From Octopus sinensis (Eukaryota): a stretch of 64,000 nucleotides of DNA. The notes beneath the pieces were generated by a model. The model was not told the origin of the DNA. It saw nothing but the letters and a program-made list of their open reading frames with translations, and did not search any database. Both the position numbers and the translations under genes were made by a program. The stretch lies in the NCBI RefSeq assembly GCF_006345805.1, contig NC_042997.1, positions 133,052,001-133,116,000 on the forward strand, read 5' to 3'. This document shows positions 40,813 through 55,487 of the stretch, in pieces; position 1 is the first letter of the stretch, and each line of letters opens with the position of its first letter.

Positions 40813-43189
40813 TATCATTTCTCCACGTGCGGTCAACACAACCCCACCATTTATTGATCTATCTATATATATATATACATATGTATACACACTCACTCAC
40901 ACACACACACACATATTATCTAAATCCGAAATGTCATTATCTAAAACCTAATTATTTAAAGAGTTTATTAGTCTTGCTATAAGATATTTTATAAGTTCTT
41001 AAAAGAGAACAAACACATAAAGATATAAATACATATCTAAAGACATTTCTATTCAAATATTTGATATACTTGTATTGTTTCTTTTTTTTTCCTGGCAAAA
41101 ATATGAAGAAAGAAAAACCATATTGATGATGAAAATGTAATTTATTAATGTTTAGTATACATAATCCATTACTAATAAAAAATATCAAAAAAGAAATTGC
41201 ACACACACACTCATACAAGCACACAACACACACACACACACATACATGCAAACATACGTGCGCACACTCGCACACGTATACGTATGTACGTATGCGATGT
41301 ATGCATGTATGTGTTTGAGTTTTGTGTATATATATGAATGTGTGTACATATATGAATATGTTCCCATACTTGGGTGAGTGCTTATAAATAATTTCATATA
41401 TGTGTGTGTGTGTGTGTATGCGCTTGTGTGTATATATATGTTTGTGTATATATGTATATATTGTATGTATATTTGTGGCATGTGTATGAATTTATTGGCC
41501 GTGTGCGTTTGTACATACACTTATACATGCATACATATATATATACATACAGGCATGCATGCATACACACGAGCGCATGCGCGCGCACACACACACACTC
41601 ACACACACATTATTTATAAGCACTCACCCAATATATTCATATTTATATGGATGTGTAAGTGTATGTATATGGTTTGTGTACGCATGCTCACACACGTCCA
41701 TGGGGGAATGCTTTGAGAACAAAAACGAAAGAACTGAAGATATGTATGTTTACGTGCATGCATGTTTAAATATATGTATAGATGTGTGTATGTATGCGTT
41801 TGTGTATGTATGCATATGTATATGTAGAATCTATTATAGTGTCAAATGAGGACACGGTAAACCATACGTCTATCATGCTTGCTTCTCTGAAACGAAAACT
41901 CGATATAAACAACCACTTGGGAATAGAGTCAGAAAAAATATATAGAAAAACATAAAAGCAATTTGCTTTCCTGTTATTTCGATATAAATCCTGCTTTTAG
42001 GAAATGATTTCCAAATATATTTTATCTATATTTGAAACCCTGAAGTTAAAAAGTCGTAATGTGGTTTCGAAATTCTTATCATGTTTGGCTATTTGTATCT
42101 ACTGGTTGGTTATTAACGTTGTTTTTTGTTTTTACATTGTTTTTGTTTTTTGCCTTTCCTGCCAACTTTGGCCGGCATGCTTTGTTTTTTTATTAACTTT
42201 GGATTCGATGGTGTTAATGTTCCGTTTAAATCGTTTAAACTCTTTAATGTTGATAACTGGAAGGACGGGATATGTTAGGAGGCAATTCTGAAAGTTCTGC
42301 ATTCTGGAAAACAAAGAAGTGGGGTGGATATTGTGGAACATGGAAGGGTTGATCATAATATGAGTAATGAAAAGAGGGACGACAAGCGTGTCTAGAGTGC
42401 ATTATGGATGTAGTCACTAGCCCAACTAATTCTATCTGGAAATCATCTGTGTAGTTTTTGACCAAAAGACAGATCAGGAGGCAGCACGTCAATATGCCAG
42501 AGCCCGGAATGTGTGCGTGAGTGACTTCAAGCTCGTCAGTGAAATAGTTCTCTGGATGTTTGCACGAGTACTAAGCAGCACAATCCCGATGTAAGGATTT
42601 GTAATACATGACTAATCGATGGAGGATGAAGTATTTTATGGCTCAGAAGACTAGACTTTGAGATAGAGTATTTACAATGTTAAAGATATGCATTCACTAC
42701 AAGAGATCCTTAGTGATAGTAAGATTTGACATTTATAGTGATACTGAGGGCTCTAGTTGTGTGATACTCATGTTTAAGAGGGTTATGCGGGATAAGATTT
42801 CTTGAGTGTGATTCAGCTATTCTTTCTGCTTTCGTTTGTTGAAAGAGACGAAATAGATATATAATCCCATCAAATCGTGTTTTAATGATATTCATTCATG
42901 GAGTTAATGTAGAAATGGTATAAGGAGTTTAGGTTGAATGTGGAGGACGATTGGAGGTAGAAAGTTAGGGGTAATGGTGAGGGGTAAGGGTGAGCATTGT
43001 TGCTAGGGCTTAAGGTGCGTAGGTCCTTCATATAATGTAGAAGTGTTAGGGATGAAACTGGACCTTGTGGTACATGATAGGATGTGGGTCAGAGGAAACC
43101 GTATCTGCATACGCTGCTACATTACATTCTGACAGGAAGCAATCGAACAAATAGACAAGAAACTGTGCGGAGAATAAACTCAAATGCAA

Positions 43190-43352
43190 ACACAGGCATT
43201 TTCCACGCAGTTTCCACCTACAGAATTCACCTAAAGAGGAATTGGTCGGCCAGAACTATAGTAGAAGGCACTTCCTCATAATTCAGCGTCGTGGGACTGA
43301 GGTGTAAACTGTGTTGCTGAAAGGCGATCATTCTAACCACACAACCATACCT
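43190..43352 (-). mobile_element. diverged SINE family A head half
   Basis: TTGGTCGGCCAGAACTATAGTAGAAG..GTGGGACTGA..AACCACACAACCAT. Confidence 0.65.
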
Positions 43353-44875
43353 GTATCTATTATACGAACGAGTTAGTACTATTTAATTGGTCCTTTATTT
43401 TGATGTGGTTCTTAATTGTATAAACCAGACGATGAAGTATAGATATATAAAACATCTATTCAAATTAGTCTTCAACAACACCTGTTCTCTGTTAAATTAA
43501 CTCAAATTTAAACATCCGTTTCGTGAAGTATTCACAGCAACCATTATACGCGGTGAAATTACGTATCTTTACAGATGATCAAATTTCTTTTTCATTTATT
43601 TTTTCAAATTATAAAGTATTTTTATATAATATACCTTGAAGATATATATCAAACTGGAATAGATTCATGTATTAGAACAGTGTGAGATGGATGTCGTATT
43701 TCTCACTTTCTCATCTGATAGTAGTATGTGGGCCATTGTTCTATTGGGTATAATAAGCGTTGATAAAAAGTAAATAGATTTCCATCGGTTTCGATGACGT
43801 GTGCTCAACGACATATGTGTATATGAATGTGTGTTTGTGTGTAGTTGTATGTGCGTGTATGCTCTTTGAGGAACTGAGCTACCTTGCATTGAATTATAGA
43901 ATTAAATACATTAGAATTACGCAAAAACATGTAACCTTAATATAATTCTCAAATAGAATCAGTGTAAAACCGTGTGTGGAAAGGTTGCTTCTTTAAATAG
44001 TAGATATGTCTGACGGGTTTTCACAATTTCCGTCAACATAATTTCACTCACGAGGCTTTGGCCATTATAAATCTATGGAAAAAAAAATATTTGCCAAAGA
44101 TGTCAGGTGCTGTAATCAAACCAAGGGGAGGAGTAACATAACTTAACTACTCAACCATACCCATCTTTCTTGCACTTACATACACAATCTACTAAACATA
44201 CCAACCTATACATCTGTATCTATACATATATTTCTGTTTTAAAGATAAAAGAAAAAAATTGTAAATGGAATTATGGATTAAAACTTATAAATCTTTATAA
44301 AATCTATATGCGGATTAATTAAAGATTCCTTATCATCTAAAGATTTCTTTCATCTGCATATGAATTCTTTTCATCATCAATGTAGCTTTATATCCCTTGT
44401 CTAGTTCTCTAATATATGTGAAGTTCTATATTTTCCAAGAAAAATTTCCCCCTCCTACTCCTTATACAGAAGTCTATGATATATTTACTTCAGCTAAGCA
44501 GATAAGAGACCCAATACTATTTCATTCTAAATCGTTAAACAGTTTACAGACATTATAGATTACAGCATTATACAGAAGGGAGGATATTGAAATTACCATT
44601 TATTTGTCTCTTAGTTCGTCGAATCGACAAAACGGGAAGAAACATTTCTTAGGAAGCCCTTAACTGCAAGTAGTTTAACCCTACTTTTACCATTATTCTA
44701 CTGAAATACACTGCTTTTGTTTGAAATAATTTTGGAAATAATGAAGAAATTAGTAAAATAACTTTGTTATTACGTTTATGTATTTGTTTTGCGAGATTCC
44801 TGATGTGAAGTCATGTAATAAAACAGATATCCTTATATTTGGGGATGGACATTTTTTTTTGCCAAATAACTACAC

Positions 44876-45152
44876 GCACTGTATACGTGTTCTTCAGTTC
44901 AGCTTTATTTTTATTCGTATTTTAGTGACTTTTATCTGAAATATTTCATCACACATCCTGTGACCTCTTCAGTGAATCTCACACGTTTCTCTTCCTGTTC
45001 TGTTTAGCCCATTCTGTCTTCTTCACCATAGAAAGACAGAATGGACTAAACAGAACAGGAGGAGACACGTAGGAGGTCGCTGAAGAGGTCGCAGGATGTG
45101 TAACGAAAGATTTCAGACAAAAAGCACTAAAATAAGATTACGTATACAGTGC
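44876..45152. repeat. short fold-back (arms 44876-45020 and 45033-45152) with a decayed HHR in each arm
   Basis: Reverse-complementary arms with a 12-nt spacer; CTGAAGA GGTC..GAAA on minus in the left arm and on plus in the right arm. Confidence 0.75.
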
Positions 45153-45331
45153 CTGTGGTTATTGGCAAAAAAAGATCATCCCCAAATATAACAACTTTGT
45201 TATTATCAAGCTTGCTTGAAGCATAAATTAATATGAAATTAAAAACACTTTAAAATGGGAAATTTGTATGAGTCGAGTTATGGTAGTCTTCAAGGTTTAA
45301 AGCAGTAAACTGTTAGTACAATATGTCTGAA

Positions 45332-45881
45332 CGAATAAAACGCCCCCCCCCCCCCGTCCAATGGACGGTGCTGAGTTGTCAAACATTTAAACCAAATTTT
45401 CTCAAAACAACTTGTCCGACCGTCCCTTTGAGAAACACTGATTTAACCTAAATTTGAGACACCAGCAAAAGAAAAAAATAAAGATATACTTTTTTTCTAT
45501 TCCAAAGAAAAACGATTTTATTCACACAAATATGCAACCGAAGAGTTTAAAATACCAGTAATATAAGGCTGTTGACTGGGAGAACACAAACATGGTTTAA
45601 ATAGTAAGCTTGGCAGGAAAGAAACGTGCTTTTAAGCAGTGCAAAAACAACAAAAAATGGAAGGTGCAGTTATATACAGGTTGACGGAAGAAAAGCAGGA
45701 CAAAAACGGCTTTATCGATCGCATTCTCACCTGGAATCGATTTTTGTAATTTTTTCAAGACTTATACACGCCCTGTTACTGTCGGTATCTATATATCAAA
45801 TTTGAGCGCAATCGGATGGAGGATGCCCGAAATCCTAGAAGACACACATACAGACAGACAGAACGGATTTTATGTAATAGA
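45332..45881 (-). mobile_element. Helitron-like non-autonomous element, second copy
   Basis: Both termini homologous to 9077-9458; same CCGTCCA/TGGACGG hairpin; A|T insertion. Confidence 0.7.
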
Positions 45882-47469
45882 TTTACTTTTTTGCTCCTCG
45901 TGGAAAATGTTACAAGATCTTGCTCAGTTATGTTGTGAAATTCAAAGTAGAAAAGATTTTTCTTCCATAATCGCCATTTTGGTATTTACTGCAAAAAATG
46001 CAATTATGTATATATGCTTCCTGTGAATTCTACTATCAAATATGGGAGTATATGTATATATGAACATATATGCACGCATGCGTACACATATGTATGCATT
46101 TCATGGTTAGATGTAGAGAAATGATTATAAACAAAAAAATATGAAATAAATGAGTATGTGACTTTAAAAACCATGAATGCCTTTGTTTTCAAATTTGAAC
46201 CGCAACTTAGACTGACAAGAAAAAATTCCTGCAGTATTATATCTGACACGTTATATTCTAAGTTCAAATCTCGTTCAGGTCCGCTTTGCCTCTAATCTCT
46301 CTGGGGTCGGCTAAATTCCTCCTCACATAATTTCTGGCCTCGTGTCTAAATTAGCAACAATTATATTTTATATTTTAGGTAGCAGGCTGGGTAAATCATT
46401 AAGAATGTAAGAAAAATTCCTTGTGGTATTTGTTCATGCTATGTCCTGAGTTCAAGTTCCACCGGGATCAACTTAGCCTTTCATCTCTCCTGGCCAAATA
46501 AAATAAAAATTTCATTCAAGTAGTGGGTCTTGAGGGCATCGACTAAACTCTCCCTGCGAAACTGATGGCCCTGTACATTAATCCGAAATGTGTAGGAACA
46601 TCTGTGCAAAAAAATTACCAGCAATTTCAAATTGGCGTAAGAGTATATTCACGAAGTAGAGAGGGAACTTTTATGTAGCAACACAACCAACTAGAAATAG
46701 AAGCTAAATTCCCTCAAACCAAACATCTTACCGTCTTGAAAAAAACAATACATATTGGATTATACGATCTTAAATAGTATACGAAACTGAAAAGGAAAAT
46801 GTAAAAAGAAGAAAGAAAAACTGACGGCCACTGCTGGTAAATATATATAGCCCATGGGACATGGGTCTCCTTCGTTCGATTTGATCTAGGGTTAAACACG
46901 AGCAAAAATAACGAGATGAATTAATTTGATGTTTATCATTATTTCATTTTTCTCATTTTAAAGCTGTTCCATTGCTGTGCTTTTTGGATGAGTGGGTGTC
47001 TTTAGTATACATGTAGCTTATTAGTGAAATGATGCTTATTTACCCTTTAACTTCCATTATAGATTTATGACAACGATTTGTATTTTATTCAACAAACATT
47101 CCATGGACATCACCGAGTATTCGAATGTCTCTCGTTGGCTGTTAACGATTTAACTTCTCACAAGAGTGATAAATAATTGGATAGAATGTTTGTGTCTATA
47201 TATGGGTGTGCGTGCGTGTGTAGAATGTTTGTGTGAATGCATGTATGTATGTATGGGTGTGCTTGCGTGTGTAAGCAAGGGACGAAAGGGTGTAAAATTG
47301 TGTGTGTGAGGGGGGAAATGGTTTTTTTTTCTAGCGTTATCTTTACACAAATCTAAATTTATTTAATATTAAATTAATTTAGTTTTAATTGTGTAAACAT
47401 AACGCTTTAAAACAAAATCAAATCCCCTTTCTCCTCTCCTTCATTTCCTTCACTTGCTTACTCATACGA

Positions 47470-47530
<61 letters not shown>

Positions 47531-47880
47531 CAACAACAACAATAACAACAACAACAACCACCACCATCACAACAACAACAACAATAATAATAATCATAAT
47601 AGTGATTAAATTGTTCAATCAACATATCGTTCTAATTTTCTAATAATGTTGATATAGTGGTTTGATGCTATCGTTCTTGTGTAATCCATTAAGCAGGCGT
47701 TGTTGTTGCTATTGTTCGATTTTTTCATATCTCGTGCCAGCCCTGATCAAATGCGTTTTAACTGGGCATAATTAATCTCAACCTCTATAATCCGATATGT
47801 CCCTCCTTTCTTGAGGTGGTGTAGTGTGGTTTCAGGGAAATTTTGCTGCTGTCCTAACAAATCGAGCAACAACAACGTAG

Positions 47881-48075
47881 GTGGAGGCACAATGGCTCAG
47901 TGGTTAGGGCAGCGGACTCGCGGTCGTAAGAACGCAGTTTCGATTCCCAAACCAGGCATTGTGAGTGTTTATTGAGCCAAAAAACACCTAAGGTCCACAA
48001 TGCTCCGCGGGTGGGGGATGATCTCCGCTGTACTCTTTCACCTCAACTTTCTCTCACTCTTTCTTCCTACTTCTT
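47881..48075 (+). mobile_element. SINE family C (tRNA-like head), 3' truncated
   Basis: A-box TGGCTCAGTGG, B-box GTTTCGATTCC; homologous to 54968-55275. Confidence 0.85.
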
Positions 48076-49014
48076 CCACAAAGCAGAGTAACCATGGTGT
48101 AACCCACTATGGTGTGGTAAACTTTCAGACCCTAGTCTAGATTGCGAATCCTCTGTACCCCAGGATGGTTCAGCTCTCCACCCGTTAAAAGCCAGCGTTT
48201 ACGGAATGAGGATAACGACGTAACTTTCGCGCCCGTACAACCGTCAGTCTATCGCGTGTGGTGGGTGGATCACAGTGACAAACGAAAAATACACCGCCGT
48301 AAGTTCTTGTTAACAAACAACGGCAGTAATTTTATTTAGCTGAATGCACGTCATTGATTGGTTGAAATTACCGAAATACGAGAACTTTAACGTGAAATTA
48401 CTTCGTAAATATAAGTTTTTCTCAAAAATGCTAAGAGTAAAACATGTTTTATATGACACATTCTACCAGTGTCCGAAGATTGAAAGTGTTTATTTACAAA
48501 AAAATTATTTTTTAAATCTGTAGGTCAAAAGGTAAAGATCCGTGAATTCGACTATAGCCCCGGGGTAACCAATTCCCATGAGTGTAATGTAGTAGTCGGA
48601 AACTATAAGGAATTTCCTCGTACACGTCTATTTGTTTACTTGAGTATGCGTCGCTGTTTCTGTCTTTATATTCATACCACTTAGGAACCGGTACTTAGCG
48701 GTTCAGAAAATAGCTAATGATAAAATAGAAGCCGGACTTGGAAATAAATTACGAACTCAATATGATTGACTACATCTTTCAAAGCAGTGACTCGCTACGG
48801 CCAGTCTGATCACAAACAAGTTGGCTCGTAAAAAACAGATCCCTCTTTCTCTCACTCGCTCTCCTTCCCTCCCTCTCTCTGTCTTTCTCTCTCACCTTCC
48901 TCTCTCTCTCTCACCTTCCTCTCTCTCTCTCTCACCTTCCTCTCTCTCTCTCACCTTCCTCTCTCTCTCTCTCTCGTTATTATCATTATCATTATTGCCG
49001 GTCTTGTGGCAAAA

Positions 49015-49046
<32 letters not shown>

Positions 49047-49097
49047 TTATTATTATTATTATTATTATTACTATTAGTAGTAGTGGTAGTAGTGGTG

Positions 49098-49162
<65 letters not shown>

Positions 49163-49246
49163 TGTATATATTGGAGCAGGTGCGTTTGTGTGGTAAGAAG
49201 TTTGCTTCCCAGCCACATGGTTTTAGGTTTAGTCTCACAGTGTGGT

Positions 49247-50116
49247 CTACCACAGTCATATACTACAAACACATGGACACACATCAATACCTGAATTTTA
49301 AGTCGTGCCATCTACTACATACAAAACGCCACATCCCATACTGCCTAGCCAGAATAATTTGTACCATTGTAGAAGATTCGAATATCAGGAACAAACGCCT
49401 AACAGAACTAAGAGAATTTTGGCTCAAACAAAAATACCCGTCTCTACTTATAGAAAATGGCATACATCGGGCTATAAAAATACCCATACAACAACTAAGA
49501 ACAACCGAAAGAAGAGGAAAACAGGAACCATTTGTAATAACACACAACTCATGTCACCAGAATATCTTCAACATTGCAAAAGCAAATCTGCCAATCATTG
49601 CTCAAAGTAACGAATTAAAAAATATAATCACAGATCGAGCTGTGGTTCTTAGTAAAATACAGCTTAAAAACTTGAAAAAATTATTAATAAAGGCAAAGTT
49701 TGTCCTTAGCAACAAAGACCAATCATTCACTGTATCTAAATGCAATGATAGCCGATGTGGTACATGCCAATTCATACATACCAGCCAATATATGAACACA
49801 AAAACCGGAAAAATATTCACTAATGCAAATATAAACTGCAAAAGCAGAAATTTAATTTACAGCATCAAATGCTCGAATTGTGAAGAACTACATGTGGATC
49901 AGACTGGAAATGCACAACCATAACGTTCACGTGTGCACTGACAGCAAATTAGAGACCCAGTTGTCCGTCAGATAACTTTGAGTAAACATCTAGCAACATA
50001 TAGTCGGAATAAATTTACAATATATCTATTCAACAATCGACACAGTCCAAGTGGAATTGAGAGAAAAATCAGGGGAAAGAACTTTATTAGTAAATTCTAA
50101 CTTAAGCTAAATAAAC
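49247..50116 (+). pseudogene. Penelope-like element RT thumb, Cys linker and GIY-YIG endonuclease relic
   Basis: YYKHMDTHQYLNFKSCH..IPYCLARIIC, KCNDSRCGTC, NCKSRNLIYSIKCSNC..QTG, ending FISKF*LKLN; the listed ORF start lies in an upstream SINE head (49170-49247). Confidence 0.9.
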
Positions 50117-51359
50117 AATAATACTAATACTTAGAGTTACTATTTCTACTGCTACGACTACTACCACTAACAACAATACTAAAGGTGCTCATGATGACGA
50201 TAACAGGAAAATACTAGCTAAGTCAGTAAAAATGATCGTATTTTGGGGTTTAAAGGTCTATTACCACAGCTACTCCTACTACCACCACCAACACTACCAT
50301 CAATATCACCACCACCACCATCAACAACAATAATAATAACAACGACAACAACGACAACAAAAATAAAGGAGAGCATAGTGGTGATGATGATGAAAATTGA
50401 AATGTAAAAATCCTTGGGAAATGTTTACATTTCTAAAAATAGCTCCCCCAAATTATTGCTTTGGCCAGGGTCAAAATACAGGTCTCTTGATATGTTTAAC
50501 AAACCGTGACGCCTAAACCAGACACTAATCAACTTAAGCAATTTAGTAAAACCACACACTAATTGGTCAGAATACAGTTTGCAAAAAATTAACATTCTGG
50601 AGCCTATACAAATATAAGGCACACAGTTGGGGCCATTTCACTACAATTGCTAATTGTAAAACATAACTGTCACCACAACTACATGAACCTGAAGATTGCA
50701 TAGTTTGAAGGATGAAAGTACTAATTCCATCAGAATGGACATTTAATATTCTATCATTTCATTATGCTATATTATATTATTATAAGATTGCAAATAAAAC
50801 GTGAAAAGTTAGAACTTCTTTGAGTAATATATGTATACATTTTTTTATGTACACATACTTACATGCACATATATTACTAAGAGAAAAAGAGGTTGAGAGG
50901 GGATTCGTGACTGACAAAGAGAGACCAAAGAGAGATACTTGTAGACAGAAAAAAGTTCATTAAAATAATTACTTTAACATAGCTAATCCCTTATGGACAT
51001 TATTGTTATTCCTGATATTTCATTCATTATTTCGTCTCTTGTAGCATTGTCAATAGATTATTGTTATGGAGGGTTTTTTTAGTTTTTTTTTTTAATTCCC
51101 AGTTTCTGACGTTATACTCATAAAGCCTTGAGATTACTAGAAAACGGAAGTCACGCCATATTTACAAAACTGCTTCAAGGCTTCAAGATAAATACTTGCC
51201 ATATTACTCTCTTGTGCTTGCGCGTGTGTATTCACGCATACTGTTGTTGTATTTTAACTCCAGGCTAGCCCTACGCGAGCAGACCACGCCAATAACGTAT
51301 GTATGTATGTATGTATGTATGTATGTATGTATGTATGCATGTATGTACGTATGTTCCAA

Positions 51360-51686
51360 TCATTAGACTGCAACCAAATTGGGGCATCAGATTGAAGAAA
51401 TTTTAGTCCAGTTAATCGATCATAGAAGTATTTTTTAACCTAATACTTATTCTTTCTCTTGCTTTGACGAACCGCGAAGTTACGAGCACAGCAGTGGGCA
51501 GGGAAGAAGCACACGCAAAAGCACACGCATACACATATGAAAGGTATCTTTCAGTTTCCATCTACCAAATCCATTCGCTAGGCACTGGACGATCCAAGGC
51601 TGTAGTAGAAGTCATAGCACAACATGCTACACAGTGGGGCTGAACTCAGAACTATGCGATTGAGAAGCAAACCTTTTACGCACCTA
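51360..51686 (-). mobile_element. diverged SINE family A
   Basis: CTTTCAGTTTCCATCTACCAAATCC..GTAGTAGAAG..GGGGCTGAACTC. Confidence 0.7.
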
Positions 51687-51789
51687 TAGGAATATGTATG
51701 TGTGTGCGTGAGTGTGTATGTGTATATATATCTATACCTTTATACATATATACGCAATATACACATATACATAATTGATATATATAATT

Positions 51790-51912
51790 TAAAAATTGGA
51801 TAAAATCTTCATAAGAAATTATCAAGTAGTTAGCGTGAAAAACCTCATAAGAGAAAAAATCTGTAAATTTTTTCCACTTGATTATATTTATTTATATTAT
51901 ATAGAGGGCATT
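51790..51912. repeat. dispersed relative of the 29-kb array unit (HHR part absent)
   Basis: AAGAAATTATCAAGTAGTTAGCGTGAAAAACCTCATAAGAGAAAAAAT..TATATAGAGGGCATT aligns with ~29245-29345; in a TA-rich tract. Confidence 0.75.
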
Positions 51913-52972
51913 AAATAAAATATATATATATAAATAAAAAATAAAATATATAAATAAATAAATATATATATATATATATATATATAATTATATAAATATA
52001 TGTACGTAATATACACATATACATATATACATGATATGCACACAAACACACACGCACTCACACATACGTATATATGGTCTACATAATCCCGTGTAGTATT
52101 TTATAACGACTATCAAGTGTTATATGAGGTTGATTTGACACATATTTCCAGTAGAGTAAATGGCTACTTACTGGTTTCCTCATTGACAACACCATGTTAC
52201 GTATGCTTATGTATGTCTATGCATACATGTATGAGCGTATACACATATACATATATGTGTGTATGCATGCGTGCGACTTTTCATAATGGAATTTTGGGTT
52301 GTAAACGCATTTTAATCAATTATTAAACTTATTTATATTTTCAATATTTTTTCCTCCACCAAAACAAAAAAACTTTTTTATTTCCAGCACGCAAACAAAT
52401 AATAACGATGCTATTTCATGCTATATACTGACCTATAATCTTTTTATTGGCATTAGTGCCGTTTCGTTTTAGAGTTAATTTTTAGTTTATTTTTTTCTCT
52501 TTGTTATTTTTGAATTTTTGCTGACATCTTTCAAAAGTTCACATTTAAAAATAACTTGGTTTTCTCACTCGCTTCCAATGTCGGTGATAGTTAAACCCAG
52601 CTTGTATTATGGTTTTGTTGTTTTTAAGTTTATATACAATACAGCATAATACAATTATGCCAGCCATTTCTACGATTATTGGATAAAATAATTATTTTAT
52701 TATATTTTATTCACTCGTATCTTTCTTTTCTCTTTCCTTCTCGTATTTCCTTCTTTCTCTCTGTCTATGTGTTTCTTTTGAAAGAAAGATTATTAAATTT
52801 AAACATGATTTAAATGAATAGCATCAAGACTTGCATATGTATGATGCATACATAACGAGAGTTATTCTTCACTGTACGCGTGCATGCACATACATACCTA
52901 CATATGCATATATATATATGTGTGCATGTGGATGTGAGTGTGAGTGTGTGTATGTATGTATATATGTTGTGT

Positions 52973-53033
<61 letters not shown>

Positions 53034-53075
53034 CATATGTTTTATATATATGTTTATATATATATATATTATGTT

Positions 53076-53134
<59 letters not shown>

Positions 53135-53835
53135 TCTTCTGCAAAGAATTGGGATTAGTTAAACTGTAATATCTCTTTGACGTAAAACTACTTTGCATTT
53201 TTATTAAAATGAAAGCCAATTAAATCGTTTTATATATGTAAAATATTAGAAACCACAAATGTATATTACTACAATATTACTTTAGCATCTTCCTCTCTTT
53301 CTATCTACACCCCCTCCCTCTTTTCTCTGTACTTGTTTTTTGTTGTTATTTACCTGTTTTTTTGTGTCTATGTTTCTGCGTTTCTTGCCTTCGGCTTGTT
53401 TGTATATCTCTCCCGCTCTCTTTTGTTATTTGTCTGTCCCTGTCTATCTGTCTGCCTGTTTGTCTGTCTATCTGACTCTCTTTTTCTCCCTTCATCTCCT
53501 TCTCTTTCTCTTTCCGTAGCTCTCAGTATCACGCTTTCATTCTTCACTTACACTTCTATCTTGTATCTATTCCTGCCTACCTCTTCTGTTTTTGTACGTA
53601 TGCAAGGATAAATGCTTTTGTGTGTGTGTGTATGTATGTATGTATGTATGTATGTATGTATGTATGTATGTATGTATGTATGTATGTATGTATGTATGTA
53701 TGTATGTATGTATGTATGTATGTATGTATGTATGTATGTATGTATGTATGTATGTATGTGTGTGTGTGTGTATGCATTCATATATGTATGTGTGGGTGGA
53801 TAGGTGGAACAGATGGATGGATGGGTGTATATATG

Positions 53836-54188
53836 AACGTATGTGCATACATACATGTAAACATACATACATATACATACATACATATAAATATATATAT
53901 ATAACGTCTTTTTCTTTCACTCCTTATATATATCTCTCTCTCTCTAAGTATATATTTTTTTTTTTTTTTTTGTACTTGTTTCAGTCATTTGACTGCGGCC
54001 ATGCTGGAGCACCGCCTTTAGAGTGGTGAAAGAGTACAGCAGGGATCACCACATCCCGCCGGAGCCTCGTGGAGCTTTTAGGTGTTTTTTTTTTCGCTCA
54101 ATAAACACACACAACGCCCGGTCTGGGAATCGAAACCGCGATCCTCCGGCCGCAAGTCCGCTGCCCTAACCACTAGGCCATTGCGCCT

Positions 54189-54268
<80 letters not shown>

Positions 54269-54308
54269 TTAGAGAGAGAGAGAGAGAGGGATAAGGAGAG
54301 AAAGAAAA

Positions 54309-54373
<65 letters not shown>

Positions 54374-54423
54374 TGTATGTATGTATATGTATGTATGTTT
54401 ACATGTATGTATGCACATACGTT
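53836..54423. repeat. inverted duplication (53836-53955 / 54261-54423) around a chimeric SINE
   Basis: AACGTATGTGCATACATACATGTAAAC..CTCTAAGTATATAT appears reverse-complemented on the right. Confidence 0.75.
53973..54191 (-). mobile_element. chimeric SINE: family C head (54020-54191) fused to family A tail (53973-54021)
   Basis: Junction CCGCCTTT-AG-AGTGGTG with 2-nt overlap. Confidence 0.8.
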
Positions 54424-54967
54424 ATATATATGCGTATGCATGTGTATGCATGTACATATATATATACGTATGTACATGTCTGTATATATATATGAGTGCA
54501 AGTGAGTGTGTGTATGCACGCGCGCGGGTATTAACAAGAAGAGTAGAGTGAACAACTCCTTCTATTACATAATCTTACAAATATTTCATCGACTTTTCAT
54601 GAGATTATCGCCGCAATATTATAGCGTTATTATATACTATACGCAATAATATATCGTATCAATATTATTTTACCAATACTGGAATATATTAATTTAGCAA
54701 AATTTATCTTTTATCTTTTATGTGTTTCATTCTTATTATGTATACGCCTATAAATCGTTTTGCCGAATGATTGCAGCCATAATCTTCTGGTAAAATATCG
54801 ATGAAACAATAGTAGAATAACGTAATAAAACGAGTTGGGCTTTCCATCGTCCTTGTAAATATTTATTGGGATTTTTACATAGTTCAACAGTAAAGGGATC
54901 CATTTTGAAACCCCAGAGTAAAACACCCTGATGGAATACATATATATATATATATATACACATATAT

Positions 54968-55272
54968 CATCATCATCATCATGTAACCGACCAGACCATC
55001 AGATGTTGCTACACATCGCTGGTCACAATGCGTTCGCATTGTTTTAGCCTTCGAATGACGCCACCCCGCTGGCTAAGCGAGCAGGCCAACAGAAGAAAGA
55101 GTGAGAGAAAGAGTGGTGAAGGAGTACAGCAGGGATCACCACCCCCTGCCGGAGCCTCGTGGAGCTTTTAGGTGTTTTGGCTTAATAAACACACACAACG
55201 CCCGGTGTGGGAATCGAAACCGCGATCCTACGACCGCGAGTCCGCTGCCCTAATCACTGGGCCATTGCGCCT

Positions 55273-55275
<3 letters not shown>
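54968..55275 (-). mobile_element. SINE family C, full length with (ATG)n tail
   Basis: Minus head TGGAGGCGCAATGGCCCAGTG..GGTTTCGATTCC; tail appears as (CAT)n on plus. Confidence 0.9.
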
Positions 55276-55331
<56 letters not shown>

Positions 55332-55421
55332 GTATATGTATGTGTATCTATATATATAATATATATATAATATATATATATATTATATAAATATATATAT
55401 ATATGTATAGGTGTGTATATA

Positions 55422-55455
<34 letters not shown>

Positions 55456-55487
55456 CATGTATGTATGTATGTATGTATGTATGTATA

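Noticed and set aside
42520-42545. CTGACGA on minus (42533-42539) and CTGACGA at 60711 on +
   Set aside because: No GAAA and stem arrangement follows either hit.
42004-42900. Possible retroelement relic in minus ORFs 42132-42492 and 42710-42895
   Set aside because: No diagnostic motif recognised.
47881-47950. tRNA genes at the A/B-box motifs (also 54120-54191, 55205-55275, 34110-34177)
   Set aside because: No complete cloverleaf is evident, and the first three continue into shared SINE bodies; all are treated as SINE heads.
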